Source: an uncultured Rhodobacteraceae bacterium | Lineage (GTDB): Bacteria; Pseudomonadota; Alphaproteobacteria; Rhodobacterales; Rhodobacteraceae | Length of the DNA stretch: 64,000 nt | Direction of reading: 5' to 3' | NCBI GenBank assembly: GCA_937931795.1 | Contig: CALHAP010000068.1 | Span: 1,169 to 65,168, forward strand | Shown here: positions 10,490 to 21,202 of the stretch, in pieces | How positions within the stretch are numbered: the stretch's first letter is position 1 | Layout: each line of letters begins with the position of its first letter | Translations under genes and position numbers: made by a program | Notes under the pieces: model-generated | The model's database searches: none | What the model saw: only the letters and a program-made list of their open reading frames with translations | Told to the model about the DNA's origin: nothing

Positions 10490-11433
10490 TGCGCGTGCTG
10501 GCGAGGACCGAAGCCCGCTTTGACCGTTTTCGCGCACGCCTGCGAGGTCGCGAGGGGCGGGTGGTTGACCCCTACCTCGGCTACGCCACGCCCACCGAGT
10601 GGATCGCGCGGGGCCGCGTGCTAAACGCGCTGCCAGAGGTCAAACAGCGCAGCGGCGTGCTGGCCTCGACATGGGGAATGCTCAGCCTGTTTTTCACCGA
10701 CGAGGTGGCGGATGTGACCGTCCAAGCGGTAGGGGTTGAGGCCAAGGCCATCACCGACGAAGAGGGCTATTTCACCCTTGTCTTGCCGCGCCAAGAGGGT
10801 GTGGGTTGGCAGAATGTGACGGTCGAGGTCGCGGGTGCGCAGATCGAACTGCCCGTCTTTGTGCCCAACCCCGACGCTGATTACGGCGTGATCTCTGACG
10901 TGGATGACACCGTGATGTTCACCGGCGCGTGGCAGCTGTGGCGCAATCTGTGGACGACTTTCACAGGCTCAATCGGGCGGCGCGAGGTGTTCAAGGACGC
11001 GATTGGCCTGATCAATGCGCTGACCAAAGAGGGGCGTAATCCGGTCTACTACGTCAGCTCGTCGCCGTGGAATCTGCACAGCTTTCTCCAGATGGTTTTG
11101 GGCGAGGCAGGCCTGACGCGCGGGCCAATGTTCCTGCGCGATCTGGGGCTGAACGAGACCGACGTGTTGGGCGGTTCGCACCACGGGCACAAGGGCGCGA
11201 TGATCGACCTGATCTTTGCCGCCAATCCCGCCCTCAGTTTCGTGATGATGGGCGACACGGGGCAAAAGGACGGTGCGATTTATCTAGAGGCGGCCAAGCG
11301 TCACGAGGGGCGCGTGTCCCGCGTGATCCTGCGTCGCGCGGGCGGGGAGGCTATTGAGGCGGATGTTGCGGGGCTGATAGCCCTCGGCGTGCAGGTTGAC
11401 GTCGTCGACAGCTTTGACGAGGTCACGCCCTAA
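10489..11433 (+). CDS. App1-family phosphatase (DUF2183-like)
   Basis: 314 aa with the DxDxT phosphatase motif (ISDVDDTV) in an App1-like context. Confidence 0.6.
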   Translation: MRVLARTEARFDRFRARLRGREGRVVDPYLGYATPTEWIARGRVLNALPEVKQRSGVLASTWGMLSLFFTDEVADVTVQAVGVEAKAITDEEGYFTLVLPRQEGVGWQNVTVEVAGAQIELPVFVPNPDADYGVISDVDDTVMFTGAWQLWRNLWTTFTGSIGRREVFKDAIGLINALTKEGRNPVYYVSSSPWNLHSFLQMVLGEAGLTRGPMFLRDLGLNETDVLGGSHHGHKGAMIDLIFAANPALSFVMMGDTGQKDGAIYLEAAKRHEGRVSRVILRRAGGEAIEADVAGLIALGVQVDVVDSFDEVTP

Positions 11434-11473
11434 TCCACCTTGCCCGCGCGCGCGCCGCGCCTATGGTGCGCCC

Positions 11474-12391
11474 ATGCAACCCTTTCGCGGAATCATTTTC
11501 AAAGTCCTGTCGGTGTGCCTGTTCGTCGCCATGGCCTCGATCATCAAGGCGACCAGCTCGGACGTGCCACCGGGCCAAGCGGTGTTTTTCCGCTCTTTCT
11601 TTGCCATCCCCGTGATCCTCGGCTGGCTGGCGTTGCAAGGGCAGCTTCGCCACGGATGGGAAGCGAAAAACCCGATCAACCATTTCTGGCGGGGCCTTGT
11701 TGGGACCACCGCGATGGGTCTCGGGTTCGCAGGATTGGGCCTGTTGCCGCTGCCCGAAGTCACGGCCATTGGCTACGCAGCCCCGTTGTTCGTTGTCATC
11801 TTTGCCGCGATGTTTCTGGGCGAAAAGGTGCGTTTGGTCCGGCTGGGGGCCGTCGCCCTCGGCATGGTCGGCGTGCTTATCGTTCTCAGCCCGCGTCTGT
11901 CCGTGGGTGCGGCGTTCAGCACGGGCGAGACATTGGGGGCAGTCCTCGTCCTCGGCTCGGCGTTCTTTGCGGCCCTCGCACAGGTCTACATCCGCAAGCT
12001 GACCGCCACCGAAGGGACGGCGGCCATCGTGTTCTGGTTCTCCGTCACCGCCACTGTCCTGTCGCTGATCACCGCATATTGGGGCTGGGTCTGGCCCACG
12101 CCGCAGACATTCGCGCTGCTGGTCTGTGCGGGTCTCATTGGTGGTGTCGGGCAAATCTGTCTGACGACCAGCTACCGACTGGCCGAAGCTTCGTTGATCG
12201 CACCATTTGACTACGTATCAATGCTGCTCGCCGTGATCATCGGGTTCGTGATCTTCGACGAAGTGCCCACGCAAGCGGTGTTGATGGGGTCCAGCCTGAT
12301 CATCGGCGCAGGCGCATTGATCATCTGGCGCGAGAGCCAGCTGGGACTGGAACGCGCGCAACAACGCAAAGCACTGCCGCCGGGGGGCTAG
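11474..12391 (+). CDS. DMT-superfamily (EamA-like) transporter
   Basis: About 10 predicted TM helices in a duplicated EamA-like arrangement. ATG 11474 ([10 protein letters not shown]) preferred over the 11396 extension. Confidence 0.7.
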   Translation: MQPFRGIIFKVLSVCLFVAMASIIKATSSDVPPGQAVFFRSFFAIPVILGWLALQGQLRHGWEAKNPINHFWRGLVGTTAMGLGFAGLGLLPLPEVTAIGYAAPLFVVIFAAMFLGEKVRLVRLGAVALGMVGVLIVLSPRLSVGAAFSTGETLGAVLVLGSAFFAALAQVYIRKLTATEGTAAIVFWFSVTATVLSLITAYWGWVWPTPQTFALLVCAGLIGGVGQICLTTSYRLAEASLIAPFDYVSMLLAVIIGFVIFDEVPTQAVLMGSSLIIGAGALIIWRESQLGLERAQQRKALPPGG

Positions 12392-13491
12392 CCGATCTGA
12401 CCCCGCACGCCACCCGTCTGCCCGCGATCCAACAACAGGTGATCGAGCACGACGCAGGCCATCATCGCTTCGCCCACGGGCACGGCGCGGATGCCGACGC
12501 AGGGGTCATGGCGGCCTTTGGTCACGACATCAATCGGGGTGCCGTCCATGCGGATCGACTTGCGCGGGGACAGGATCGACGAGGTCGGCTTGACGGCAAA
12601 GCGCAGCACGATGTCTTGGCCCGTGCTGATCCCGCCCAAGATGCCGCCCGCGTGGTTTGACGAATACCGCGGCCCGTCCGCCCCCATGAATATCTCGTCG
12701 GCGTTGTCGCGCCCCGTCAGGGCTGCTGCGGCCATGCCTTCGCCGATTTCGACGCCTTTGACTGCGTTGATGCTCATCATTGCGGCGGCCAGATCGGTAT
12801 CGAGCTTGGCATAGATCGGCGCACCCAGACCTGCGGGCACGCCGCGCGCGACGACTTCGATGATCGCTCCGACTGAGTTGTGGTCATCCTTGCGCAGCCA
12901 TTGCAGGTACTCTTCCCATTCGACAGCCGCCTGCGCGTCGGGGCACCAAAAGTCGTTTCGGTCGATGGTGGCCCAATCAAACCTGTCCCGGTCGATCCTC
13001 TTTTCGCCCATCTGCACCATGTAGCCTTTGACCTCGATGCCGGGCACGAGGGTGGCCAGCGCCGCCCTCGCCACGCCACCTGCGGCCACACGCGCCGCCG
13101 TTTCACGCGCGCTCGACCGTCCACCGCCACGCGGGTCGCGCAGCCCGTATTTCTGGTGGTAGGTGATGTCGGCGTGACCGGGGCGAAAGGTCTGTTCGAT
13201 GTCGCCGTAATCCTTGGACCGCTGATCGGTGTTGCGGATCATCAGCTGGATCGGGGTGCCCGTGGTGCGCCCCTCGTACATGCCCGACAGGATTTCGACC
13301 GCGTCGGGCTCATTGCGCTGCGTGGTGTTCTTGTTCTGACCGGGGCGGCGTTTGTCGAGCCAGTGCTGGATCATCGGGGCGTCCAACTCGACGCCCGGCG
13401 GGGTGCCATCGACCGTGGCACCCAAAGCGATCCCGTGGCTCTCGCCCCAAGTGGTCACGCAAAACAGATGGCCAAAAGTGTTGTACGACAT
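12388..13491 (-). CDS. aroC: Chorismate synthase
   Basis: 367 aa. N-terminus [20 protein letters not shown] plus [11 protein letters not shown] are classic AroC signatures. Confidence 0.9.
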   Translation of the reverse strand: MSYNTFGHLFCVTTWGESHGIALGATVDGTPPGVELDAPMIQHWLDKRRPGQNKNTTQRNEPDAVEILSGMYEGRTTGTPIQLMIRNTDQRSKDYGDIEQTFRPGHADITYHQKYGLRDPRGGGRSSARETAARVAAGGVARAALATLVPGIEVKGYMVQMGEKRIDRDRFDWATIDRNDFWCPDAQAAVEWEEYLQWLRKDDHNSVGAIIEVVARGVPAGLGAPIYAKLDTDLAAAMMSINAVKGVEIGEGMAAAALTGRDNADEIFMGADGPRYSSNHAGGILGGISTGQDIVLRFAVKPTSSILSPRKSIRMDGTPIDVVTKGRHDPCVGIRAVPVGEAMMACVVLDHLLLDRGQTGGVRGQIG

Positions 13492-13553
13492 GAAATGCGC
13501 TCCGCCTCAGATGTTGTTCCGCTTTAGGCGATCTCGCCTGCGGGATCAAACAC

Positions 13554-14606
13554 CTAGCCGCCCCACGTCCGCCGGCATGTGTCGATCCAGTTCTGATGCG
13601 CGAGTTTTGCCAGCAGCGGCTCGTCATAGCCGTGGTCGCGCAATGCGTCGATCATCCCCTGCATCCCGCCCGCATCCCCGATGACATTTGGCACCGTCGC
13701 TCCGTCAAAGTCCGAGCCGAAGCCGACATGATCCTCACCCAGATGCGTGATCAGATGGTCCAAATGCCGCAGGATCGGGTCCCAGCCGGTGTCCGCGTTC
13801 TGCTGCCCGTCGGCGCGCAGAAACACGGTGGCAAAGTTCAGCCCGACCATGCCGCCCGTCTCGGCGATCATTGCGAGCTGTCTGTCGGTCAGATTGCGCG
13901 TGCTCGGCGTGATGGCGTGTGCATTGGAATGGGTCGCGACCAGCGGCGCGTCGCTGATGCGGGCCACGTCTTCCAACCCCTTGGCGTTCAGGTGGCTAAG
14001 GTCGATCATGATGCGCAGCGCGTTGCATTCCGCGACCAGCCGTTTGCCCGCCTCGGTCAGCCCCGGCCCCGTATCGGGGCTGCCGGGAAAGCGGAAGGGG
14101 ACGCCGTGTCCAAATGCCGTTGGCCGTGACCAGACAGGCCCGAGCGAGCGTAGGCCGAGGCTGTGAAACAGATGCAGCGCGTCGAGATCAGGATCAAGCG
14201 CCTCGGCCCCTTCCATATGCATCACGGCGGCGATGGTGTCGGTGCCTTTGCAAGCCTCAATCTCGGCGGCGGTGGTGCAGATGTTCAGCGTCCCGCTACG
14301 GGCCAACGCATGCAGATGTCCGGCCATCGCCAACGCAATTGGCTGGGCCTCGGCCAGTGACATCATCGGGGGCAGGGGGATGTCAAAACTGTCGCCGGTC
14401 ATCACCTCGTCGATGTTTTTGGGGACCAGATGGTCGGGCGAGGGCACAAAGATCGCGAAAAACCCGCCCATCATCCCGCCCGCGCGCATCTGCGGCAGGC
14501 TGATGTGGCCCGTCGCCTCGCCCTGCGTCCAGATCGCATCGCGGCCGTTTGGCGCGTCAGCCAAGCGCAGTAGAAAGTCATTGTGGCCGTCGAAAACTGG
14601 GATCAT
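13554..14606 (-). CDS. Membrane dipeptidase (peptidase M19 family)
   Basis: 350 aa with the N-terminal FDGHNDFLLRL motif and conserved His/Asp metal ligands of renal-type dipeptidases. Confidence 0.75.
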   Translation of the reverse strand: MIPVFDGHNDFLLRLADAPNGRDAIWTQGEATGHISLPQMRAGGMMGGFFAIFVPSPDHLVPKNIDEVMTGDSFDIPLPPMMSLAEAQPIALAMAGHLHALARSGTLNICTTAAEIEACKGTDTIAAVMHMEGAEALDPDLDALHLFHSLGLRSLGPVWSRPTAFGHGVPFRFPGSPDTGPGLTEAGKRLVAECNALRIMIDLSHLNAKGLEDVARISDAPLVATHSNAHAITPSTRNLTDRQLAMIAETGGMVGLNFATVFLRADGQQNADTGWDPILRHLDHLITHLGEDHVGFGSDFDGATVPNVIGDAGGMQGMIDALRDHGYDEPLLAKLAHQNWIDTCRRTWGG

Positions 14607-14627
14607 TCGGCTAAGTAACCGCCCGCC

Positions 14628-15638
14628 TCAGAATTGCCAGCCTTTGCGACGTGGCACGCGTACAGCGAGCATCGGTTTCAGCCAAGCTTGCGAAAACCGT
14701 CGCAGATCGAGCGCCTCGTGGACCCCTGTCACCACCTCGCCATCGAGCTGGGTCTCTACCGCAGACCGGGAATAGAACGGCGCGTCGAGCATCGGTTTCA
14801 CCTGCTTTGGCACCACGCCCTCATCCGCCCGCGTCTCGCGGCGCACTTGCCAGAGCGAGCGTTTGAACGGGGTGCGCGGTGGGGCTGTGATTTCGGAGGC
14901 TGCACCCTCGGGGGTAAAGGCAATCGCGGTCTCTAGCTGTGTTCCATCGCGGCGGGTCGCGTCGTAGATGCAGGTGGCCCCGTGGGTCGTCGGATAACGG
15001 CCCCATGTCCAGAAATCGAAGTCTTCTTCCAGCGCTCGCGTCCCAAAGTTTGCGTCGAAATACCCGTGGCCGTCCCATGCCCATCCGGGCGCGTCCAACT
15101 CGACCTTGATCATCGAGACAGGCGCAAAAGGTCGCCAGATATGGGCCCCATCAGGCGTCAGCGGCAGCTCGACATCGGTGATAGCGCTCGGCGTGACGGT
15201 GATCTGGCCGCGCACGCGGCTGATCAGCGGGGGGGACGAAATCTCATCGACCGAAATCACCAAATCGCGCCCGTTCCAGTGCATCTGGCTGGGCCCGACC
15301 TCAAAGCAATCGCGGGACTGGCGCAGCGCGTCCTTGCCTCGGTCCGTCATCGTGAACCGCCCGCCGGGCCCATAGGTGGCCACGTTGATGCAGACGTTGT
15401 TGTCGGGGTCTTTGCGGCCTGACCACTTATACCATGGTGAAAAGACCGAGCCTATGAAGCCGATGACCGAGATGGCGCGGGTGCCGCAGGCGCTGATGCC
15501 GTCGACGTACCACCACGCGTAGCCGTTTGGCGGGACTGCGAGGTTGAAGTTTGGTCCGCCAATATCGCTTCGACCGCGTGCCGTGCGGAGAGCGTTGCCA
15601 TCGGCACCCCCGCCCCCGGATGCGCCCCGCCGCCGCAA
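14628..15638 (-). CDS. crtC: Carotenoid 1,2-hydratase (hydroxyneurosporene synthase); start codon uncertain
   Basis: Conserved CrtC block GPNFNLAVPPNGYAWWYVDG...IGFIGSVFSPWY. The only in-frame canonical starts upstream of it are TTG 15638 and ATG 15842. Both lie inside crtD. Confidence 0.75.
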   Translation of the reverse strand: MRRRGASGGGGADGNALRTARGRSDIGGPNFNLAVPPNGYAWWYVDGISACGTRAISVIGFIGSVFSPWYKWSGRKDPDNNVCINVATYGPGGRFTMTDRGKDALRQSRDCFEVGPSQMHWNGRDLVISVDEISSPPLISRVRGQITVTPSAITDVELPLTPDGAHIWRPFAPVSMIKVELDAPGWAWDGHGYFDANFGTRALEEDFDFWTWGRYPTTHGATCIYDATRRDGTQLETAIAFTPEGAASEITAPPRTPFKRSLWQVRRETRADEGVVPKQVKPMLDAPFYSRSAVETQLDGEVVTGVHEALDLRRFSQAWLKPMLAVRVPRRKGWQF

Positions 15639-17023
15639 AGATAGAGGCCCGCAATCTTCGTCCGTGCTGTCGGTCGCTTCAAACCGGCCGTCAGCCCGTG
15701 CGGGCTCTGCCCGTAGAGCGATCCGGCGCTGCCCGGATACCGCATCGCAAAGCTGTGGGGCGTGCTCAGCGTCTCTGGCCCCGGCGTCCTGTCGAAGGTC
15801 AGACCGTATGTCTCTAGTCGGTGGAACACCTGTGTCTGGCATTGCTCGATCTCCTGTGTCGTCACTGGCGTGTCACCGTTTGGTGCGCCGTTGAGAATGA
15901 TTTCAAAGCGCTCGGGGCCGGTGGGCCGCGTCGCCCCCGCCCGGTCCTGCGCGCAGATGTATAGGGAGGCGTCGGTGGGGCGTTTGCCCTGTGCGAGCGC
16001 GTCAAATTCCGCCCTGGGGTCATGGCCGAAAAAGACCGTGTGATAGGCCAGATCGACCCCCTGCGGTGTGGCGGCAAAGGCATGGACCCACGCGGACAGG
16101 CTGCGGCTGTCGACCGCGCGCGGCACTGCCGAGGTGGCCCCATCGCCCAAGTGTCCCAGCGCCAAGGCGCGCGGGTCGCCATTGAACAGGACAATGTCCG
16201 CTGCGTGATGCGCGCCGCCTACGATCACGCCGGTCGCCTGTCCATTTTGCACTGTGATCTCTTCGATGGGGCTGTTGGTGCGGAACGTCGCGCCAAACTG
16301 CTCGGCGATCTTGGCCAAGACGCAGGCCAGATGGTGCATCCCGCCTTCGACCGCCCAAACGCCGCGCGCTTCTGCGTCCGAGATCAGCGACAAGAGTGCG
16401 GGTGACTGCGCGGGCAGACCGCCGACATAGGTGGCGTAGCGGGCGAAGAGCTGCGCGAGCTTGGGTTCGGTAAAGCTGCTGTGCAGCAGTGACCAGAGCG
16501 AGCGGTGCGGGGCCATGTCGGCGAGCAGGCGCGGGTTGGCGATCACGCGCTGTGTCAGGCCCCATTGCGAGGGTGCCGCACTTTGCATCATTGGCGCGTC
16601 AAAGGCATCAAACAGCCGCCGCGCGCGGGCGGCAAAGTCGCGGTATTCGCCAGCCGATTGCGCGCCAAAGGTCGCGGCGATGTTGTCCGCACTTGCGTCC
16701 TCATCCGCCATCAGGTCGAGTTGCGTGCCATCATCCCAATAGTGCCGCGCCAAGGTGGTGAGCGGGGTCAGGGTCACATGGTCCGACAGGCGTAGGCCCA
16801 CGTCCGCGAACAGCTGCTCGAACACCGGGCGCATGGTCAAAACGGTGGGGCCAGTGTCGACAGGGCCTGCATCTGACGGCAGTACGCGCATCTTGCCGCC
16901 CAGCGTGTCTTGCGCCTCGAACACCGTCACATCGCAGCCCGCGTGGGCCAGACGCACAGCGCTCGCCAGCCCGGCGATGCCTGCGCCGATGATCGCCACT
17001 GATGTCTGTTTTGCGCGTGTCAT
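15452..17023 (-). CDS. crtD: Methoxyneurosporene/hydroxyneurosporene desaturase
   Basis: FAD-binding N-terminus VAIIGAGIAGLASA and CrtI-family C-terminal motif GGGAHPGAGVPMA. Sits upstream of crtC and divergent from crtE. ATG 17023 (MTRAKQ) chosen. Confidence 0.85.
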   Translation of the reverse strand: MTRAKQTSVAIIGAGIAGLASAVRLAHAGCDVTVFEAQDTLGGKMRVLPSDAGPVDTGPTVLTMRPVFEQLFADVGLRLSDHVTLTPLTTLARHYWDDGTQLDLMADEDASADNIAATFGAQSAGEYRDFAARARRLFDAFDAPMMQSAAPSQWGLTQRVIANPRLLADMAPHRSLWSLLHSSFTEPKLAQLFARYATYVGGLPAQSPALLSLISDAEARGVWAVEGGMHHLACVLAKIAEQFGATFRTNSPIEEITVQNGQATGVIVGGAHHAADIVLFNGDPRALALGHLGDGATSAVPRAVDSRSLSAWVHAFAATPQGVDLAYHTVFFGHDPRAEFDALAQGKRPTDASLYICAQDRAGATRPTGPERFEIILNGAPNGDTPVTTQEIEQCQTQVFHRLETYGLTFDRTPGPETLSTPHSFAMRYPGSAGSLYGQSPHGLTAGLKRPTARTKIAGLYLCGGGAHPGAGVPMATLSARHAVEAILADQTSTSQSRQTATRGGTSTASAPAAPAPSRSSAS

Positions 17024-17064
17024 GACCTCTCCTGCGGGTTGATTGTTGACTCTGACAGTGGATG

Positions 17065-17082
17065 TGTCCAGTCTAATTGACA
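17065..17082. promoter_or_regulatory. PpsR/CrtJ-type operator palindrome (TGT-N12-ACA)
   Basis: TGTccagtctaattgACA in the crtD/crtE divergent gap. Overlaps a TTGACA -35-like hexamer (17077-17082). Confidence 0.7.
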
Positions 17083-17089
17083 CTTATGT

Positions 17090-17107
17090 TGTCTACTTTA
17101 GCTGACA
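17090..17107. promoter_or_regulatory. PpsR/CrtJ-type operator palindrome (TGT-N12-ACA)
   Basis: TGTctactttagctgACA, 25 bp downstream of the first site. This is the paired-site architecture. Confidence 0.7.
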
Positions 17108-17126
17108 TATGCAGGGAGGGAGCCCC

Positions 17127-18005
17127 GTGATCGACACATCAGACCGCATCAACACAGCCTTGACCGCCGCCATTCGTGCAGGTCAGGCCGGGATCGCTCC
17201 GCAAAAATTGGCACAAACGCTGGAATATGCTGTCACACCCGGTGGCGCGCGGATCCGGCCCACGATCTTGATTTCGGTGGCGCGGGCGTGCGGCGAAGAT
17301 CAGCCTGCGTTGACCGATGCGGCGGCTGTGGCCCTTGAGCTGATCCATTGCGCGAGCCTCGTCCACGATGATCTGCCGATGTTTGATGACGCGGACATGC
17401 GGCGCGGCAAGCCCACGATGCACCGGGCGTTTTCCGAACCCTTGGCGCTGCTGTCCGGCGACAGCCTGATTGTCATGGCGTTTCAGGTCTTGGCGCGGGT
17501 GACCGCGACGCCGGATCGCGCGCTTGGGCTAATCTCGATCCTCGGCGACCGCACCGGCATGCCGGGCGGCATCTGCGCGGGCCAAGGCTGGGAGAGCGAA
17601 GCCGAGATTGATCTGTCTGCCTATCACCAAGCCAAGACCGGTGCCCTATTTATCGCCGCCACCCAAATGGGCGCGCTGGCGGCGGGTCAAGACCCCGAAC
17701 CATGGGAAGAATTGGGAGCGCGCATTGGCGAAGCGTTCCAAGTCGCCGATGATCTGCGCGATGCGCTGTGCAGCGCCGATGAGCTGGGCAAACCGGTGGG
17801 GCAGGATGATCTGCACGGGCGGCCCAATGCGGTCCAGAGCCTGGGGTTGAAGGGGGCTGTGACGCGGCTTGATAACATTCTCGCAGGGGCTATTGCTTCG
17901 ATCCCGTCCTGTCCGGGTGAGGCGGGGCTGGCGCAGATGGTGCGGGCCTATGCGGACCGGATGGTGCCTGCCTCTGCGCGTGCGCGCCTCGTGCCCGGCG
18001 AATAG
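17127..18005 (+). CDS. crtE: Geranylgeranyl diphosphate synthase
   Basis: Polyprenyl synthase Asp-rich motifs (LVHDDLPMFDDADMRRG, FQVADDL). GTG 17127 follows GGAGG (17115-17119) by 7 nt. In-frame ATG 17109 has no SD. Confidence 0.85.
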   Translation: MIDTSDRINTALTAAIRAGQAGIAPQKLAQTLEYAVTPGGARIRPTILISVARACGEDQPALTDAAAVALELIHCASLVHDDLPMFDDADMRRGKPTMHRAFSEPLALLSGDSLIVMAFQVLARVTATPDRALGLISILGDRTGMPGGICAGQGWESEAEIDLSAYHQAKTGALFIAATQMGALAAGQDPEPWEELGARIGEAFQVADDLRDALCSADELGKPVGQDDLHGRPNAVQSLGLKGAVTRLDNILAGAIASIPSCPGEAGLAQMVRAYADRMVPASARARLVPGE

Positions 18006-18014
18006 GGGCAAGCC

Positions 18015-19145
18015 ATGAGCGATCTCCCTCTCACGGGTCCGGTTGCCAAACCCCGCCGCGTTGGATGGCGCAATCGCCTGCTGTCGTCCCCAAAGTTTCA
18101 GGATTGGGCGGCGCGGTTTCCGCTGACCCGAGGCATCGTGCGCCGTGAAGGCGAGGCGATGTTCGATCTGGTTGCAGGCTTTTGCCACAGCCAAATTCTT
18201 CAAGCGCTGGTCAGTCTTGATATCCCACAAAAGCTGCTGGCAGGCCCGATGTCGCTGGCCGCACTGGCGCATATGGCCCAAATCCCCCCCGAGCGGATGC
18301 GCATTTTGCTCAACGCAGGTGTGGCGCTTGGTTTGCTGAAATCGGGTCGTCGCGGGTATGCCCTGACCCGGCGCGGATCGGCGCTGGCGGGGGTGCCGGG
18401 GCTGGCGGATATGATCCGGCACCACGATGTCCTTTACCGCGACTTGGCTGATCCCGTGGCGTTCTTTCGCGGCGAGACGGAGACGGAGCTGGCGGGTTTC
18501 TGGCCCTATGTGTTTGGCGCAGGGGCCGCCGAGGACCCGCAAACGGCTGAGCGGTATTCACTACTTATGGCCGACAGTCAGCGCATGGTGGCCGAAGATA
18601 CGCTCGACCTCGTGTCCTTGCGCGGCGTGTCGCATTGGATGGATGTCGGCGGGGGCACGGGCGCGTTTTTGGCGGCCGTTGCGACCCGCGCACCGACGCC
18701 TGATCTGACGCTGTTTGATCTGCCCGCCGTGGTGCCCGGTGCGACAGCGCGATTCGCAAGCATAGGTGCCACCGACCGGCTGCGCATCGTGCCCGGATCG
18801 TTCCGTGATGACGCGCTGCCCACCGGTGCGAACATGATTTCACTGGTGCGGGTGCTCTACGACCATTCTGACGAGACGGTGCAGGCGCTTTTGACCTCGG
18901 TTTACGCGGCTCTGCCGCCGGGTGGGCGCGTGATTATCTCGGAGCCGATGACAGGTGGCGCGCGACCGGAGCGGGCGGGTGACGCGTATTTTGCGCTCTA
19001 TTGTCTTGCGATGCGGACAGGACGGGCGCGGTCTGCGGGGGAAATCGCAAGCTTGCTCGCAGGGGCCGGGTTCACCGCAATCTCAGCACCGCGCAGTCGC
19101 AGACCGTTTGTGACGACAACGATTGAGGGCGTAAAGCCAGCCTGA
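18015..19145 (+). CDS. crtF: Demethylspheroidene O-methyltransferase
   Basis: 376 aa with a SAM-binding motif ([11 protein letters not shown]) and an O-methyltransferase dimerisation N-domain. Lies between crtE and bchC. Confidence 0.85.
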   Translation: MSDLPLTGPVAKPRRVGWRNRLLSSPKFQDWAARFPLTRGIVRREGEAMFDLVAGFCHSQILQALVSLDIPQKLLAGPMSLAALAHMAQIPPERMRILLNAGVALGLLKSGRRGYALTRRGSALAGVPGLADMIRHHDVLYRDLADPVAFFRGETETELAGFWPYVFGAGAAEDPQTAERYSLLMADSQRMVAEDTLDLVSLRGVSHWMDVGGGTGAFLAAVATRAPTPDLTLFDLPAVVPGATARFASIGATDRLRIVPGSFRDDALPTGANMISLVRVLYDHSDETVQALLTSVYAALPPGGRVIISEPMTGGARPERAGDAYFALYCLAMRTGRARSAGEIASLLAGAGFTAISAPRSRRPFVTTTIEGVKPA

Positions 19146-19154
19146 CAGATCAAA

Positions 19155-19172
19155 TGTCTAAAGTAATTGACA
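19155..19172. promoter_or_regulatory. PpsR/CrtJ-type operator palindrome (TGT-N12-ACA)
   Basis: TGTctaaagtaattgACA upstream of bchC. Its right arm is the TTGACA -35 hexamer. Confidence 0.75.
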
Positions 19173-19194
19173 CTTTGATATGTAACGATAGACT
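19167..19194 (+). promoter_or_regulatory. Candidate sigma-70-type bchC promoter
   Basis: TTGACA (19167-19172), 16-nt spacer, TAGACT (19189-19194). Each hexamer lies inside a PpsR palindrome, as described for the Rhodobacter bchC promoter. Confidence 0.45.
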
Positions 19195-19198
19195 TACA
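19181..19198. promoter_or_regulatory. PpsR/CrtJ-type operator palindrome (TGT-N12-ACA)
   Basis: TGTaacgatagacttACA, 26 bp after the first site. Spans the -10-like hexamer. Confidence 0.75.
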
Positions 19199-19259
19199 CT
19201 ATGACAGAATGTCGCAGCCCGCATCAAAAAGCAGGCACGACATAGGGGAGGGTCAAAAC

Positions 19260-20201
19260 GTGGACACACATGCCGTCATTTTGACAGCGCCGGGGCAGTT
19301 GGCCTTGGAATGTGTTGGCCTGTCGGTCCCCAAGCCGAGCGATATTATCGTCGAGATCACCCATAGTGGTATTTCGACGGGCACGGAAAAGCTGTTTTAT
19401 TCCGGCCAGATGCCCCCCTTTCCCGGTATGGGCTACCCATTGGTGCCGGGCTACGAGGCAGCGGGCGTCGTGGTTGAGGCGGGCCGTGAAGCCGGGGTTG
19501 CCGTTGGCACCCACGTCTTTGTGCCGGGTGCCTCGTGCTACGAGGGCGCGCATGGTCTGTTCGGGGCTGCGGCCAAGCGAATCGTCACAGATGCGGCCCG
19601 TGTCACGCCGATTGATGCAGGTCACGGCGCTGGCGGCGCGTTGCTGGCGCTGGCCGCCACAGCCCATCATGCGATCCACGGCCCCGGCAAAACACTTCCT
19701 GATCTGATCATCGGCCACGGTGTACTCGGGCGACTGCTGGCGCGGTTGACCGTTGCCGGTGGCGGTCCCGCTCCGACGGTCTGGGAAATTGACCCGATCC
19801 GTGCGCATGGCGCGCAGGGGTATGAGGTCATCACACCTGAGGCCGACGAGCGTCGCGACTATGCGTCGATCTATGATGCCAGCGGGCGCGGCGATCTGCT
19901 CAACGATATGATCGGTCGCCTGACCAAAGGCGGTGAAATCGTCCTCGCGGGGTTCTACACAGACCCTTTGTCCTTCGCCTTTCCGCCTGCGTTCATGAAA
20001 GAAGCGCGGCTGCGGATTTCGGCGGAATGGACGGCCGAGGATATGCACGCCACGCGCGCGCTTGTTGAAGCTGGCACGCTGCGGCTCGATGATTTGATCA
20101 CCCACACACACAGCGCGACCGACGCCGCGCAAGCCTACGAGACGGCGTTCAACGACGCCGCCTGTTTAAAAATGATTCTCGATTGGAGTGCAGTAGCATG
20201 A
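19260..20201 (+). CDS. bchC: 3-hydroxyethyl bacteriochlorophyllide a dehydrogenase
   Basis: Zn-alcohol-dehydrogenase-like fold ([15 protein letters not shown]). GTG 19260 preceded by GGGGAGGG (19243-19250). Lies upstream of bchXYZ. Confidence 0.85.
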   Translation: MDTHAVILTAPGQLALECVGLSVPKPSDIIVEITHSGISTGTEKLFYSGQMPPFPGMGYPLVPGYEAAGVVVEAGREAGVAVGTHVFVPGASCYEGAHGLFGAAAKRIVTDAARVTPIDAGHGAGGALLALAATAHHAIHGPGKTLPDLIIGHGVLGRLLARLTVAGGGPAPTVWEIDPIRAHGAQGYEVITPEADERRDYASIYDASGRGDLLNDMIGRLTKGGEIVLAGFYTDPLSFAFPPAFMKEARLRISAEWTAEDMHATRALVEAGTLRLDDLITHTHSATDAAQAYETAFNDAACLKMILDWSAVA

Positions 20202-21202
20202 CCCTTGATGTGCCAAACCTGAAAGACTTCGATCAACGCCTCCGCGACGAGGCCAACGAAGATCCAACGCTCGAAGTGCCGCAGGGCGAGCCGACCTCCA
20301 AGACCCAGATCATCGCGATCTACGGCAAAGGCGGCATTGGCAAAAGCTTCACGCTGGCGAACCTCAGCCACATGATGGCCGAGATGGGCAAGCGCGTGTT
20401 GCTGATCGGCTGCGACCCCAAATCCGACACCACCAGCCTGCTGTTCGGCGGCAAGGCGTGCCCCACGATCATCGAGACATCGTCTAAGAAAAAGCTGGCG
20501 GGTGAAGAGGTCGCCATCGGCGATGTCTGCTTCAAGCGCGGCGGCGTTTTTGCCATGGAGCTTGGCGGGCCGGAAGTGGGCCGTGGCTGTGGCGGGCGCG
20601 GGATCATCCATGGTTTTGAGCTGCTCGAAAAGCTGGGGTTTCACGACTGGGATTTTGACTATGTGCTGCTCGACTTTTTGGGCGACGTGGTCTGCGGCGG
20701 CTTTGGCCTGCCCATCGCGCGCGACATGGCGCAGAAAGTGATCCTCGTTGGCTCAAACGATTTACAGTCCTTGTATGTTGCTAATAACGTATGCTCCGCC
20801 GTCGAATATTTCCGCAAGCTGGGCGGCAATGTTGGTGTGGCAGGGCTCGTCATCAATAAAGATGACGGCACCGGTGAGGCGCAAGCCTTCGCCAAAGCGG
20901 TCGACATTCCCGTTCTCGCAGCCATTCCCCAAGACGACGACCTGAGAAAGAAATCCGCAAATTATCAAATTGTTGGCACGAACGAGAGCCAATGGGGTCC
21001 GATGTTTGCCGGATTGGCCGAGGCCGTGGGGATTGCCCCGCCTGTGCGCCCGACACCGCTGGATCAAGACGGTTTGCTGGGCCTGTTCGATGCCAAAGAC
21101 ACGGGCGGCGACTACGAGCTGGTGCCCGCCACCCTGACCGATATGCGCGGCAAATACGGTGCTGTGACCGAGAGCCTAGAGGTGATCTACGATGACGCCT
21201 GA
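20198..21202 (+). CDS. bchX: Chlorophyllide a reductase iron-protein subunit X
   Basis: NifH/BchL-like P-loop [10 protein letters not shown] and cluster cysteines. ATGA overlap with the bchC stop. Confidence 0.9.
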   Translation: MTLDVPNLKDFDQRLRDEANEDPTLEVPQGEPTSKTQIIAIYGKGGIGKSFTLANLSHMMAEMGKRVLLIGCDPKSDTTSLLFGGKACPTIIETSSKKKLAGEEVAIGDVCFKRGGVFAMELGGPEVGRGCGGRGIIHGFELLEKLGFHDWDFDYVLLDFLGDVVCGGFGLPIARDMAQKVILVGSNDLQSLYVANNVCSAVEYFRKLGGNVGVAGLVINKDDGTGEAQAFAKAVDIPVLAAIPQDDDLRKKSANYQIVGTNESQWGPMFAGLAEAVGIAPPVRPTPLDQDGLLGLFDAKDTGGDYELVPATLTDMRGKYGAVTESLEVIYDDA

